A stretch of 64,000 nucleotides of DNA from Candidatus Binatia bacterium (lineage in GTDB: Bacteria > Desulfobacterota > Binatia > HRBIN30). Shown piece after piece: positions 1-10,529 of this stretch. The notes beneath the pieces are model-generated. The model did no database searches. It worked only from the letters and a program-made list of their open reading frames with translations, and was not told the DNA's origin. The stretch spans positions 75,464 to 139,463 of the forward strand of contig JBBRSP010000014.1 in NCBI GenBank assembly GCA_038245295.1. Reading direction: 5' to 3'. The stretch's first letter is position 1; the number at the start of each line of letters is the position of its first letter. A program made the translations under genes and the position numbers.

Positions 1-464
1 GCCGTTTTCGCGAAGATTTGTTCTTTCGCCTTAACGTCATTCCGGTGCAGCTGCCGACGTTGCGCGAACGCAAAGAGGACATCCTGCCCCTGGCGCAGCA
101 CTTCCTGGCGCGCTTCGCGGCGGAGGCGTCGCGGCCGCTGTCGTTCAGCGCCGAGGTAGAGGCGGCCCTCGTCGCTCACGAGTGGCGCGGCAATGTTCGT
201 GAGCTCGAGAACACGATCGAGCGGGCCGTCGTATTGTGTCGCGGCGCCGAGATCCAACCGGAGGACCTCCTCCTCACGGCGATGCCCGGCGCGGGAGTTG
301 TTGCCAGTGGCGGCGACTTGCAGTCCGTCCTCGATCAAGCCACCGCGGCGCGCATTCGCAGCGCTCTACAAGCCACCAATGGTCAGCGCGCCGAGGCAGC
401 CAAAGTCCTCGGCATCGAGCGCACGACCTTGTACCGATTGATGCGCAAGCTGGGGATTCAGTGA
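1..464 (+). CDS. Sigma-54-dependent transcriptional activator (NtrC/Fis family), C-terminal part; 5' end lies outside the window
   Basis: [22 protein letters not shown] and a C-terminal Fis-type HTH ([16 protein letters not shown]). Confidence 0.93.
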   Translation, partial: RFREDLFFRLNVIPVQLPTLRERKEDILPLAQHFLARFAAEASRPLSFSAEVEAALVAHEWRGNVRELENTIERAVVLCRGAEIQPEDLLLTAMPGAGVVASGGDLQSVLDQATAARIRSALQATNGQRAEAAKVLGIERTTLYRLMRKLGIQ

Positions 465-504
465 CTCTTGAGCCCTCTCCCGGTGTTGGTAGGGCGTCGC
501 CAGA

Positions 505-1278
505 TCACTCCCCGTGGTCCGGCCGCCACGCTCCCGACGCGTAGCGCTCGAGGCCGCCGAACATCTCGCCCGACGCCAAGCTGGTCATGCCATGCCGGTA
601 CTCGCCCAACAGTGCTTCGGCGAGACTCAAGGACCATTGCTCGTACGACGATAGACGATCGCCGCGCAGCGCCGCCTGCGGCCGCGACGCAATCTCATGC
701 GCCAGGGCGATCGCTTCAGGCAAGGCGCGGCCCGGGGGAACGAGACGGTTGGCGAGACCCATGCGCAGCGCCTCCGCACCGGAGACGCCGCGGCCGGTGA
801 GGATGAGGTCGAGGGCATGGCTGTGGCCGATGAGTCGCGCCAGGCGGATCGTTCCGCCGTCCATCAGCGGAATTCCCCAACGCCGACAGAAGACGCCAAA
901 GATCGCATCCTCCGCCGCGACGCGAAGATCACACCACGCGGCAACTTCCAGACCGCCAGCAACGGCGTGGCCTTCGACCGCGGCGATCACCGGCTTGCCG
1001 AGCAGCATACGCGTCGGGCCGACTGGGCCGTCGCCATCCGGCAAAACGCGAGTGACGCGCTCGGGGTCGCCGCCGCGCATCGCCTTGAGGTCAGCGCCGC
1101 AACAGAATTTGCCGTTGGCGCCGGTGAGAACGGCAACAGAGAGTGAAGCGTCGGCATCGAAGCGTCGGAACGCATCGGCGAGGGCGTCCGCCGTCGGGCG
1201 ATCGATTGCATTGCCAACCTCGGGCCGATCGATGGTGACGACGACGATTGGGCCATCCGGTTCATAGTGAATACTCAT
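505..1278 (-). CDS. Enoyl-CoA hydratase/crotonase family protein
   Basis: FCCGADL, KPVIAAVEGHAVAGGLE and crotonase-fold motifs; GGAGG RBS upstream. Confidence 0.93.
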   Translation of the reverse strand: MSIHYEPDGPIVVVTIDRPEVGNAIDRPTADALADAFRRFDADASLSVAVLTGANGKFCCGADLKAMRGGDPERVTRVLPDGDGPVGPTRMLLGKPVIAAVEGHAVAGGLEVAAWCDLRVAAEDAIFGVFCRRWGIPLMDGGTIRLARLIGHSHALDLILTGRGVSGAEALRMGLANRLVPPGRALPEAIALAHEIASRPQAALRGDRLSSYEQWSLSLAEALLGEYRHGMTSLASGEMFGGLERYASGAWRPDHGE

Positions 1279-1365
1279 CGAGTGTTTCCTCCGCAGCGCG
1301 GTCTACGACAGTGCGTCGGCCGATGAAACCATCCGAATCGTTATCAAGGAGTGCTCTCCCAGACC

Positions 1366-1395
1366 GTCGTCCCGACGAAGGCTGAGCACCGGTGG
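1366..1395 (+). repeat. Degenerate left half of the CGTCRTCCCGGC-type REP palindrome family
   Basis: cgtcgtcccgacgaaggctgagcaccggtg resembles cgtcgtcccggctaaggccgggacccagtg at 34114. Confidence 0.4.
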
Positions 1396-1745
1396 TTGGA
1401 CCCGCGCCGCGATCCCTCCGACGCGGGATTATCAGGCGTGCTGAGGACAATGCAGGGCTGGGCCGCCGTTTCCAACGCTCCAGGAAGCCCCAGGATCGAC
1501 GATCTCGGGTCGGGGTAGGTCCACCTAGCCACACAAACTCAACGTTTTTTGGCGTTTCGGTTCGTTCAGCCGTGTTGGATGGCTGATTTCGTTACGGAAT
1601 TTCTCGGCGTCCGAGCTCGCTGGCTTGCCCGTCAGAACGGATTGCCCCGCCCTCCCTCAATCTCACAGCACCTCGCATTGCAGACCGCGGCCCCGTGGGC
1701 GGGCGTTCGGACTCACGTCCCGACTCGGGCCGGCGGAGCGCGCGA

Positions 1746-2177
1746 TCAGGACTTACCGTAGTCGACGGTGAGCCAATGCTCCGGCTTGATCACAACGATG
1801 ATCTCCTCGGCGCGCTGTTCGGCCGTCATCTTCAAGAAGGCTTCGCCACCGCGTTCGCCGAGATACCGATGCGCCATCTGGCGCATGTCGCGCTCGAAGT
1901 TCACGGCGTCGAAGGTCACCGGCCCTTCGACGCTGACGTATTTGTAGGGTGCCTTCTCCGCCTGCACACACAAACTGGCGCGACCGGCATCGCGCAGCAG
2001 CAGGGCTTTCTTCGATGAACCGTGGGTCGAGATGCGAATCACTCCGCCGGCTTCGTACGTGTACCACACCGGCACCGCCAGCGGGGCGCGGCCGGGATGG
2101 TTGACGCTGAGCACCGCGACGCGCGTGTCGGCGAGAAACGCTTCGCGTGCCGCCCGGGTCATCGAAAATTGCGCCAT
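1746..2177 (-). CDS. Pyridoxamine 5'-phosphate oxidase-like split-barrel protein (PPOX class, possibly F420-binding)
   Basis: AVLSV...P.AVPVWY, S.K...L...RASLCV and YVSVEG pattern. Confidence 0.85.
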   Translation of the reverse strand: MAQFSMTRAAREAFLADTRVAVLSVNHPGRAPLAVPVWYTYEAGGVIRISTHGSSKKALLLRDAGRASLCVQAEKAPYKYVSVEGPVTFDAVNFERDMRQMAHRYLGERGGEAFLKMTAEQRAEEIIVVIKPEHWLTVDYGKS

Positions 2178-2187
2178 GCTTCCTCCG

Positions 2188-3336
2188 TTAGGCCAAGCCC
2201 ATACGCTTGGCGATGATCACCTTCATGATCTCGTTCGTGCCGGCGTAGATGCTCTGCACGGCCGCATCCGCATAGTCCATCGAGATCGGGTATTCCTTCA
2301 TAAAGCCGTAGCCGCCGTGCAGTTGCAAACACTCGCCCGTGACACGCTTCTGCAGATCGGTTGTCCACCACTTGGCCATGCTGACTTCCTTGACGATCTC
2401 TTCGCCGCGCACATGCGCCGCCAACAGTTTGTCGACGAAGGCCTGCCCGACTTCGATCTCGGTCGCCAACTCGGCCAGCTTGAACTGCGTGTTCTGGAAA
2501 CTGGCGATCGATTGGCCGAAGGCTTTGCGTTGGCGACAGTACTCGATGGTGTCGTCAAGCGCCCGCCGGCACGACGCAATCGACGCCACACCGATACAGA
2601 TGCGCTCCTGTTGCAGCTTCTCCATCAGCATCTTGAAGCCCTGCCCTTCCTTGCCGAGGATGTTCTCGACCGGGACAATGCAATCTTCGAAATGCAGCTC
2701 GCTGGTGTCCTGACCACGCAATCCGAGCTTATCGAGCTTCCGGCCACGCTGAAAACCGGGGCTGTTCGCCTCGACGAGGATCAAGCTCACACCCTTGTGC
2801 GCCGGCTTGGCATTCGGGTCGGTCTTGCAGACGACGACGAACAGATCGGCGATCTGGCCGTTCGAGATGAACGTCTTGGAACCGTTCAGTACGTAATGAT
2901 CACCCTGGCGTAGGGCGCGTGTCTGAACGTTGGCCAAATCCGAGCCGGTACCCGGCTCCGTCATCGCCACGCCCATCACACATTCACCGCTGATCGCCTT
3001 GGTCAGGTACTTCTGCTTCTGCGCCTCGGTGCCGTACGAAGTGATGTAGGGCATGCAGATGTCCGAGTGCAACGAGATCATCATCCCATGAGCGCGCATG
3101 TAGGCGAGCTCTTCCATGATGATGGCATCATAAAGAAAGTCGACGCCCGAGCCGCCGTATTCGGCTGGCGCGTTGGCGCCGAGAAAGCCTTCTTCGCCGG
3201 CGCGCCGCCAGGTGGCGCGGTCACTCATACCGCGCTCGTTCCACTCGCCGATCTTCGGCTCGATCTCCTTTGCCGCAAAGCGTTTGAACTGCTCGCGGAA
3301 AAGCTCGTGTTCTTCTGTGAAGATGTCTCGTTTCAT
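2188..3336 (-). CDS. Acyl-CoA dehydrogenase (long-chain type)
   Basis: AMTEPGTGSD, NGSKTFISN, CLQLHGGYG and IYAGTNEIMK; start taken at MKRDIF (3336). Confidence 0.96.
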   Translation of the reverse strand: MKRDIFTEEHELFREQFKRFAAKEIEPKIGEWNERGMSDRATWRRAGEEGFLGANAPAEYGGSGVDFLYDAIIMEELAYMRAHGMMISLHSDICMPYITSYGTEAQKQKYLTKAISGECVMGVAMTEPGTGSDLANVQTRALRQGDHYVLNGSKTFISNGQIADLFVVVCKTDPNAKPAHKGVSLILVEANSPGFQRGRKLDKLGLRGQDTSELHFEDCIVPVENILGKEGQGFKMLMEKLQQERICIGVASIASCRRALDDTIEYCRQRKAFGQSIASFQNTQFKLAELATEIEVGQAFVDKLLAAHVRGEEIVKEVSMAKWWTTDLQKRVTGECLQLHGGYGFMKEYPISMDYADAAVQSIYAGTNEIMKVIIAKRMGLA

Positions 3337-3481
3337 GGTTCTGCCTTTCTTACCTGTCATTGCGGCGGAGGCGCAAATCCACCCTTCATCGGACGCAACA
3401 ATTTCACCCGCGTCCCGGCCGTCACCGCGACGACGCATCTGATATGAGGGCCAGCGCACGTCCACCACAGGGGAGAAGCCG

Positions 3482-3883
3482 ATGCCGACCGATCATCCAA
3501 ACGCCACACGCATCAAGCGCCTGTTCGAAGCCTTTCGCAGCGCCGATCTAGCAACGATTGAAGAGATGATTCCAGAGGACGCCGTCTGGCGTTTTCCCGG
3601 GCGCCACGGCCAGATCGCCGGCGAACACCGTGGCCGTCAGGCAATCCTCGGTTTTCTGCTTCAGGTACAATCCCTCACCAGCGGAACCTTCCATCTCAGT
3701 CTACTCGATGTCCTGGCCAACGATCACTGGGCGGTGGCGCTGTTCGTCGGCCATGCCGAACGCGATGGCAAGACACTCGACAATCCCACCTGCCTGCGCA
3801 TGCGCCTCGATGCCGACGGGCGTGTCGTCGAGGTATGGGAGTTTGTCTGGGACCTGTGGAGCGTCGACGAGTTCTGGAGATAG
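3482..3883 (+). CDS. SnoaL-like/NTF2 family protein
   Basis: N...IKRLFEAF, DAVW.FPG, GEHRGR and VVEVWEF typical of NTF2-like proteins. Confidence 0.85.
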   Translation: MPTDHPNATRIKRLFEAFRSADLATIEEMIPEDAVWRFPGRHGQIAGEHRGRQAILGFLLQVQSLTSGTFHLSLLDVLANDHWAVALFVGHAERDGKTLDNPTCLRMRLDADGRVVEVWEFVWDLWSVDEFWR

Positions 3884-3907
3884 CCGACACAACGCGCGAC
3901 ACGAACC

Positions 3908-6900
3908 TCACCCAACCGCCGGGTCCCGCGGCCTGCCGCCGGCGTTGAGTTCGACGAAGAGTTCACAGCCGAGCGGACGCAAAACGGCCCGGGCTTCCGC
4001 GAGTGCGCTGGTTCGCCGCTCGGCGGAACGCGCCAGGCTTGCCTGATCGAGGTGAACCAGGGCCTGCTCCAGGGGCATATGTAAACGTGTCGCAATCGCC
4101 AGACTGCGTTGCCACGCCCGCTGCGCCGCGGCTTCATGCCCAGCCGCCGCCGACAGGCGAGCTCGAGCCCGATGAAAGGCCGGAGCAGCGATCGGAAACA
4201 AGAGCGCGAAGCGCCGCAGCGTCTGCATCGCCAGGCGAAGTTCGGGCGTCACATCACCACCCGCCTGGCGCAGCCAGAAGAGCACCTCCGCCGCTGCGGC
4301 GACACCATCGACACACTGCCCCGTCGCCGGCCATTCGCCGCGATTCAGGCGACCGGTCAGGCGGCGACAGGCGGCGGTCGCCACGGCGGTGTTACCGCAA
4401 TGAAGCGCGGCGCGGGCCAGCGTGCCGTCCAACATCACGTTGGAGAGCGTGTCCGGAAGGTGTTCGATCAAATCCTTTGCCGCGCTGGCGAGGGCGAACG
4501 CCTGCGCCGCCTCGCCGCGCGCGAGCAACGACCGCGCTGACATGAATTTGGCCCAGCCGACATGCTGAGCGTTCGAGCGGCGCGACGCCATGCGGCGAAC
4601 GTGCTCGATCTGCTCGTCGGCACCGACGACATCGCCGGCATAGTAGAACCCATGTGCCGCGATCGTCCGCGAGATCTCCGCCTCGTGGGCATCACTGATC
4701 GACTCGAACAGCTCGGCCGCTTCGATCCCCAAGGCGCGTGTCTCTTGCCAACGCGCCAACCCAACGCAGTGCATCGCCTCCAGGTAGAGAGCCAGGGCGC
4801 GGCCGCGCGTATCGCCGCGCCTGCGTGCCACGCGTTGCGCTTGCCCAAAATAATGTCGCGCGACGGTGCCGGCGCGCGCCGTGCCGAACACAAATCCCAG
4901 GTTGGCGTACGATTGCACAGTCGCCGCATCGGCGCCGCAGCGCTCGGCTGCCGCCAGACCACGCAGGATCGCCGCCAAGGTGCGCGTCGGGTCTCCCGCA
5001 AAGAAGTAGAGGGTCGACAACTGGTTCCAGGCCAGGGAAGCCTCAAGCACGACTTCCGAGGCTTCGCGGGACAACACCGGACGCCAACGCTGCGGCACAG
5101 CCAGGCCGACGACGCGACGGCCCGAAGCGCCTAACACGGCGCGTAATGCGCCGAGGCGCGATTCCGGGGGAGGCTTGCCGAGGCCGCGCAGCGCCTGCTC
5201 TGCATAAGCGATACTCTCGGATAGGTCGGCAACACCGAACGCAGCTACGCTAAGCATGCGCTGGCGCCGGGGTTGGCTGATGGCAGACGCGGGCGGCGCC
5301 GCCACCTCAGAGGCGCGCTGCAGCGCGGCGTAGGCTTCACCATACGCGCCGGCCCGCAGCGCGTATTCGCCGGCAAGATCAAACTAATGCGTTACGCGCT
5401 CGCCGTCGCCTGCCACAAACCAATGATGTGCCAATTGTGATGACAGGCCCTCCATCTCAGGCCGCCCGGCGTGGCGGGCCTCCAAAAGACGCGCGGCGCG
5501 CTCATGCAACTCCGGACGTCGTTGCGGCGATAGCTCGGCGTAGGCAACTTCGCGCAGTTGATCGTGCGAGAATCGCAGTTTGCCGTCGCCGGCATCGTCG
5601 AAGATTTGCCCCGCACCAGGGTCGACAGGACCTCCAGCTCGCGATCCCCGTCGAGCGACGCCAGCTGACGGAGCGCCGCCGCATCGAGCTCGCGACCAAA
5701 CACGGAGGCGGCCTGCACCACGTCCAACACGCCGGGCGGCAAGCGGCGCAGGCGGTCCAGAATGAGATTCTTCACGTTGCCCGGCAGCCAGAGAGCCACC
5801 GGCTCGCCGAAGGGACGTGGCCGCATCTGCCAATGGCCGCGGTCGCGCTGCAGAACCTCCGTCGCCACCGCAGCGCGCAGATACTCCCCGACAAAGAGTG
5901 GGTTGCCTTCGCATCGTTGCAGTAGTGCCTCCATCAGGTCGGCGGGCGGACGGGCGACCGCAAGCATGGCGCCGACCATCGTCGTGAGGCTTTGCGTATC
6001 CAGGCGTCCGAGCTCCAGCAGCGTCGCACCCGGACTCGCGGCCAGCCGTTCGACGGCCGGCGTGGCTTCACCGCTGCGATAGGTGCCCAGAAATACTGCC
6101 GGCATCTCGGCGGCGGCCCCGGCCGCCAGCGAGCTGAGGGCGGCAATCGACAAATCGTCCGCCCACTGCAGGTCATCGATCACCATCAAGGTTGGGGTGC
6201 GACGCATGAACGCGGCGATCGTTTCGATCAAGTCCGACAGTATGCGCGCCCTTGCCGCTTCACCATCCAGAGACTCGGGCTCCGGCTGGGAGTCGAAACC
6301 CGGCACCGAGGCTAGTGACGATTCAAAGGCGGCCAGAGTGCGGGCCCGCGGGCCGAGAATTTCAGCCGTAGCGGCAGCGCCGCCATAGCGGCAATCGTCA
6401 GCAATCGCGCGCAACAGCGGCACGAACGGGTGTAGCGCCGCGCCGTGCACCTCCGGACCTCCGGCGTTGGAACGGATTGGCAGGCACTCGCCCGTCAGCA
6501 CCCGCATGTGCGATTCGGTGGCCCGGCGCGTCGCCTCCATGGCAAAGCGTGTCTTCCCGACGCCGCTCTCCCCAGCCACCATCGCCACGCCACCGCGCCC
6601 CCGGCCAGCCTCGGCAAACAGGCCGTCCATCGTTGCCAGTGGATCGTTACGGCCGACGAAGCCGGCCCGATACAGGTAGGTCGGGGCAACTGTCGGATCG
6701 TCGTAGCCGCGTTCGCCGCTCATCTGTCGCAGCGCGGCAGCAATGTCCGAGGCGTAGCCCGGCCGCTCTGCCGGCTCATTGTGGAGCAGCGATAGGACGA
6801 GATCCTCGAGTGGGCGCGGCACATCGGCGAAGCACGACGGTCGCGGAGCGGCGGCGCGTGCCCGCCCAGTCCAGAGATCCCGCTCGGCCAGAGTGAACGG

Positions 6901-7542
6901 CAGACGCGCCGTCAGCGCCTCGTACATCATGATGCCGACAGAAAAGAGATCCGAGCGGGCATCGACATATTCGCCGCGAAACTGTTCTGGCGACATGTAG
7001 ATGGGCGTGCCGTAGATGAGCCCGCCCGCCTCGAGCGACTCGCGTGAGACGGCGCCCGCAAAGTGGCTGGCGAAGCCGAAATCGACCAGCACTGGCTCAT
7101 CGTTCGGGCGCAACATCACATTCGCCGGTTTGAGGTCGCGGTGCACCACCCCTTCGCCATGGAGAAAGGCAAGCGTATCGCACAGCCGCGCAAACAGCCT
7201 CGTGACGCGGGACGGCTCGACCGCATCGCGGCCAGCGTTCCAGCGTTCCTCAAGCGTCGGTTCCTCGAGTAGCTCCATGGCGTACCACGGCAGACCGTCC
7301 TCCACACCGTGATCCAGGATGGACACAACGCCAGAATGGCGGACACACGCCAGCGTGTAGATCTCGCGCCGCAGACATTCGAGATCTTCCCGATGCCGCG
7401 AGAACAAGGCCTTGAGCGCCACCGGCCGCTCAACATCGGGGTGGACCGCGCGGTACACGACGCCGCCGGCGCCCTGCGAGATCCTTGCAGTTATTCGATA
7501 CGGTCCGACCGAAGACGGCAAGGGAACTTCGGAATCGATCAT
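3908..7542 (-). pseudogene. Ser/Thr protein kinase + AAA (STAND-type) ATPase + TPR-like helical region, split by one frameshift (~5610) and one in-frame TAG (5384-5386)
   Basis: Kinase HRDLKPAN, DFG, GTPIYMSPE; Walker A GESGVGKT; IDDLQWAD; GNPLF. The conserved RFSHDQLREVAY and LAHHW motifs lie in a second frame (5384..5914), which continues past TAG in frame with ORF 3908..5305. Confidence 0.85.
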
Positions 7543-7584
7543 GCTTACCGCGATCTTAGCGCCGGGCTTGCGGCACGCACCCGA

Positions 7585-8550
7585 TCAGATCTCCTGGCCG
7601 GTGAGTCGCAGATCCACCGTCACATGAACGCACACGGGAAGGTGCTGCCGCGTTTCGATCCCAAGCGTATCGGCGAGACGCAAGCTCGCATACGGCTCGA
7701 CAACCAGGTCGCGCCCGAACAACGTCGCCACAGGATGAACATCGGGCGCGGCGCGAAACTCGAACTGCGCGCCGACGACCTCCTGGTAGCAGACAGGGTC
7801 GCCTCCCGTCTCGGCGGCGCTGCGGAATTGCTTGAGAAAGACCAGCCGCAGGCGATCGAATCCGGTTACGTCCGTCACCAATTCACCCAACTCGATCCCG
7901 AGCGTATCCAGAACCGACTCGATCAAATTTTGGGTGATGTTCTCCGTCGTGTCGGCGACCTCCTCCGCCAGCGTCTTGCCGAGGAGCTTGGTCATTAGTC
8001 CCGCCGTGCCACTCTGCTTGACCGCCAGAACCGTCTCTTCGGTCGCCGGCTTGTTTGGGTCGTACTCGCGGAACACCAAGGACTCGACGCTGAAGACGAC
8101 GTCAGGCGCGTGCCAGGCGATGCGACCGAGGATCTTTGGGAAACCAAAGATCTCGCGGCCCATGATCACGCCGGCGGGATTGTCGACCCACAAAAAGGGG
8201 TTGAGCAGATGGATGCCGCGATCGACGCCGTCGACCGTCAACTTGACAGGAACGAATACAGCCACATCGCGCTCGCTGATAAAGCCCTTCTTGGCGTCCT
8301 CGGGATCCTCCGAGCGGATCTTTGGGAAGCTGGCGCAGGCAAGGACGGCAAGGCAGCGATCGCCCGCACTTGGCCATGGCGTCGCGATGACCCGTCCGCC
8401 CGACGGCACCTGAATTCGCTCGTCACACAACTTCTGCACATGTGAGCGCGAAGCCCGGAACGGGAAGACAAACAAATCGGCGCCATCAATCAGGACGGGC
8501 TGGCGATGACACCAGTCGCCGTCACAACGCACGAACACTGCGTCACTCAT
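7585..8550 (-). CDS. Acetoacetate decarboxylase (ADC)-like family protein
   Basis: LWVDN...MGREIFGFPK and FLKQFR (candidate Schiff-base Lys); ATGA overlap with the upstream flavoprotein. Confidence 0.8.
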   Translation of the reverse strand: MSDAVFVRCDGDWCHRQPVLIDGADLFVFPFRASRSHVQKLCDERIQVPSGGRVIATPWPSAGDRCLAVLACASFPKIRSEDPEDAKKGFISERDVAVFVPVKLTVDGVDRGIHLLNPFLWVDNPAGVIMGREIFGFPKILGRIAWHAPDVVFSVESLVFREYDPNKPATEETVLAVKQSGTAGLMTKLLGKTLAEEVADTTENITQNLIESVLDTLGIELGELVTDVTGFDRLRLVFLKQFRSAAETGGDPVCYQEVVGAQFEFRAAPDVHPVATLFGRDLVVEPYASLRLADTLGIETRQHLPVCVHVTVDLRLTGQEI

Positions 8551-10529
8551 GGTTTAACACGCCCTTCCTGAATCGCCTTGCCCGCCAGCAGACCGCCTTC
8601 CGTCGCCGACTCGAGGCAGCCGGAACTGAGTTCCGTACGCACCCAGTCACCGGCGACCGCGAGATTGCGGAAGCCAGTGTCGCCGGGCTCCAACCGATGC
8701 TGCGGAGACTTCGGACCGACGGTCACGTATCGTTCCGATCCCTCGTTGTTCTTGCGGAAGTACTGCGCCTGTAGCCGTTGCATGCCGCTGTGCGCCGCGT
8801 CAGGGTCATGCAGCATGGCCATGGAGAAGTTAGGCCAAATGCCATTCGCCTTGGTCGCGAGCCACGCCGCGGCGCTCTTCTGGATGTCGGGGTCGTCGGG
8901 GTGGTCCGTCTCATGGAACTCGTCGCACAGGTAGTGCACGGAAACGGGACCACCTTCGGGCCAATTCTCGATCGGGATGAGGTGCGACATGTCGACCCAC
9001 GCATTGAACGGGCGCTCGTAGGAGATGAGCATCCCCTCCTCGGGCTGCTCCTCCCAGCCGAGTTCGCGGCTGCCCTTGGTCAACCACAACTGCACCGCCT
9101 GGGTCCCGACCGTGGTCGCCGTTGAAGTTGCCTGTTTGAACCTCGGACTGGCGTTCTCCAGTTCACCGACCAGGGCCGGCGTGAGTCCGCCCATCGAGAT
9201 GCCGAGGACAACCACGTCGAAACCGTCCGCTCCCTCCTGCCCACGGCGCAGTGTCAGAGACGTCGTCGGCCCCTTACTGATCGGCGGGGCATGGAATGGC
9301 CATGCCAGACGGACCGAGCCGTCCTTGCCGGTGACCGGGGCGAGCGGATCATTGTACTGCGCCGCGTCGATCGGCAACCGGAAATCGATTGCCGAAACCA
9401 CCGGCGTCGCACCGTCCGCTTCGACGTGCAGCTTCGTCACCTCGTGCATGAAGCGAAACCTCACACCGCGTTGCTTCAGCGCCAGGTAAATCGGCGCGAA
9501 GACGATCTCTCCCATGCCGCCTTTCATCTTGTACGAAAAGTGGCCCGCGTAGTCGAAGACCATACGCAGAACGGCATGCAAGGTTACGCCCGTGGCCAGA
9601 CCGGTGCGTCGGCTGAACGCCAGATCATAGAGAGCCAAGATGGGTGCGGACTCGTGTCCCAGGTAAGCGGGAATGTCCTTCGGCCCATGTTTCTTCAACC
9701 AGTCACGGTAATCGATGTCGTTCAGGTGGGCGATTCCCCGGGACAGCACATCGTCGCGCAGCACGCCGGTGATGTTGGCGGCGAGCAGGTAGACGACAAT
9801 CCACGCACGCCGCACCGCAGGCTCATCCATCCGCGGCTGCGCCAAGCGCCAGATCGCCCCAACCGCCTTATCGATCAGCATTAAGACGGGTTCCTCGGCG
9901 GCGGCTTCCAGGAAGTTGCCGACAACCTCCCCCGCCAGCGCCAAGGCATGTTCCACCCCGTGAACGATCGCGATGAATTTGTCGATGCCCCGGGGCAACT
10001 GGTCGAGAAAAATATCGGCGTGCGAAATGCCCATATCTGCCGCCAGAGCTTTGCACCGCTGCACGAACTCACTCAACGACTGACGCACCAGAGCGGCCAG
10101 CCCTGGTCGGCTCGTACGAAAGCCCGGGGCCTGACCATTCGCGGGGAAATGGGCCAACCACGGCTGCTTCTGCCACACACCGGCCGGGTGCTGCTCGGCC
10201 ATCCAGATGTGGTCCCAAGGCAGCAGCACATCGTTGAACTCCGGCAAGAGAGTTGCCGGGTCCGCGGCGTGCACCTCCTTGTAAGCGACGCGCAACAGGG
10301 ACAGCGCCGAGTTGTAGAATCCGAGCAAGAGGTGTAGGCCGTGCTCGTGAATTCTCTGCCCGTTCAACGAATCGCGCGTGCTGGCGCCCTTACCTCCGAG
10401 CAACCAATCCTTCTGGTAGACGGTGATCTCGAAGCGCTCGGGATCGGCACCGTGGGTCAGCGCCCAGGCGGTCGCCAGCGAACCCATCCCTCCACCTAAG
10501 ATCGCCACTCGAATCTTGTCAGACGGCAT
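8547..10529 (-). CDS. FAD/NAD(P)-binding oxidoreductase, amine-oxidase/phytoene-desaturase-like
   Basis: VAILGGGMG Rossmann motif, LGGKGAS, EHGLHLLLGFY and C-terminal NLAVAGDW...GCLESA; GGGGAGGGGG RBS. Confidence 0.85.
   Translation of the reverse strand: MPSDKIRVAILGGGMGSLATAWALTHGADPERFEITVYQKDWLLGGKGASTRDSLNGQRIHEHGLHLLLGFYNSALSLLRVAYKEVHAADPATLLPEFNDVLLPWDHIWMAEQHPAGVWQKQPWLAHFPANGQAPGFRTSRPGLAALVRQSLSEFVQRCKALAADMGISHADIFLDQLPRGIDKFIAIVHGVEHALALAGEVVGNFLEAAAEEPVLMLIDKAVGAIWRLAQPRMDEPAVRRAWIVVYLLAANITGVLRDDVLSRGIAHLNDIDYRDWLKKHGPKDIPAYLGHESAPILALYDLAFSRRTGLATGVTLHAVLRMVFDYAGHFSYKMKGGMGEIVFAPIYLALKQRGVRFRFMHEVTKLHVEADGATPVVSAIDFRLPIDAAQYNDPLAPVTGKDGSVRLAWPFHAPPISKGPTTSLTLRRGQEGADGFDVVVLGISMGGLTPALVGELENASPRFKQATSTATTVGTQAVQLWLTKGSRELGWEEQPEEGMLISYERPFNAWVDMSHLIPIENWPEGGPVSVHYLCDEFHETDHPDDPDIQKSAAAWLATKANGIWPNFSMAMLHDPDAAHSGMQRLQAQYFRKNNEGSERYVTVGPKSPQHRLEPGDTGFRNLAVAGDWVRTELSSGCLESATEGGLLAGKAIQEGRVKP

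Noticed and set aside
1279..1745. 470-bp gap with several short ORFs (1262-1534, 1344-1532, 1392-1586, 1549-1761)
   Set aside because: None has a convincing RBS, typical codon pattern or known motif; only a degenerate REP half was supportable.
5384..5386. In-frame TAG as programmed pyrrolysine insertion or readthrough
   Set aside because: No pyl genes are present, many other genes here end in TAG, and a separate frameshift lies just upstream. Mutation or sequencing error is simpler.
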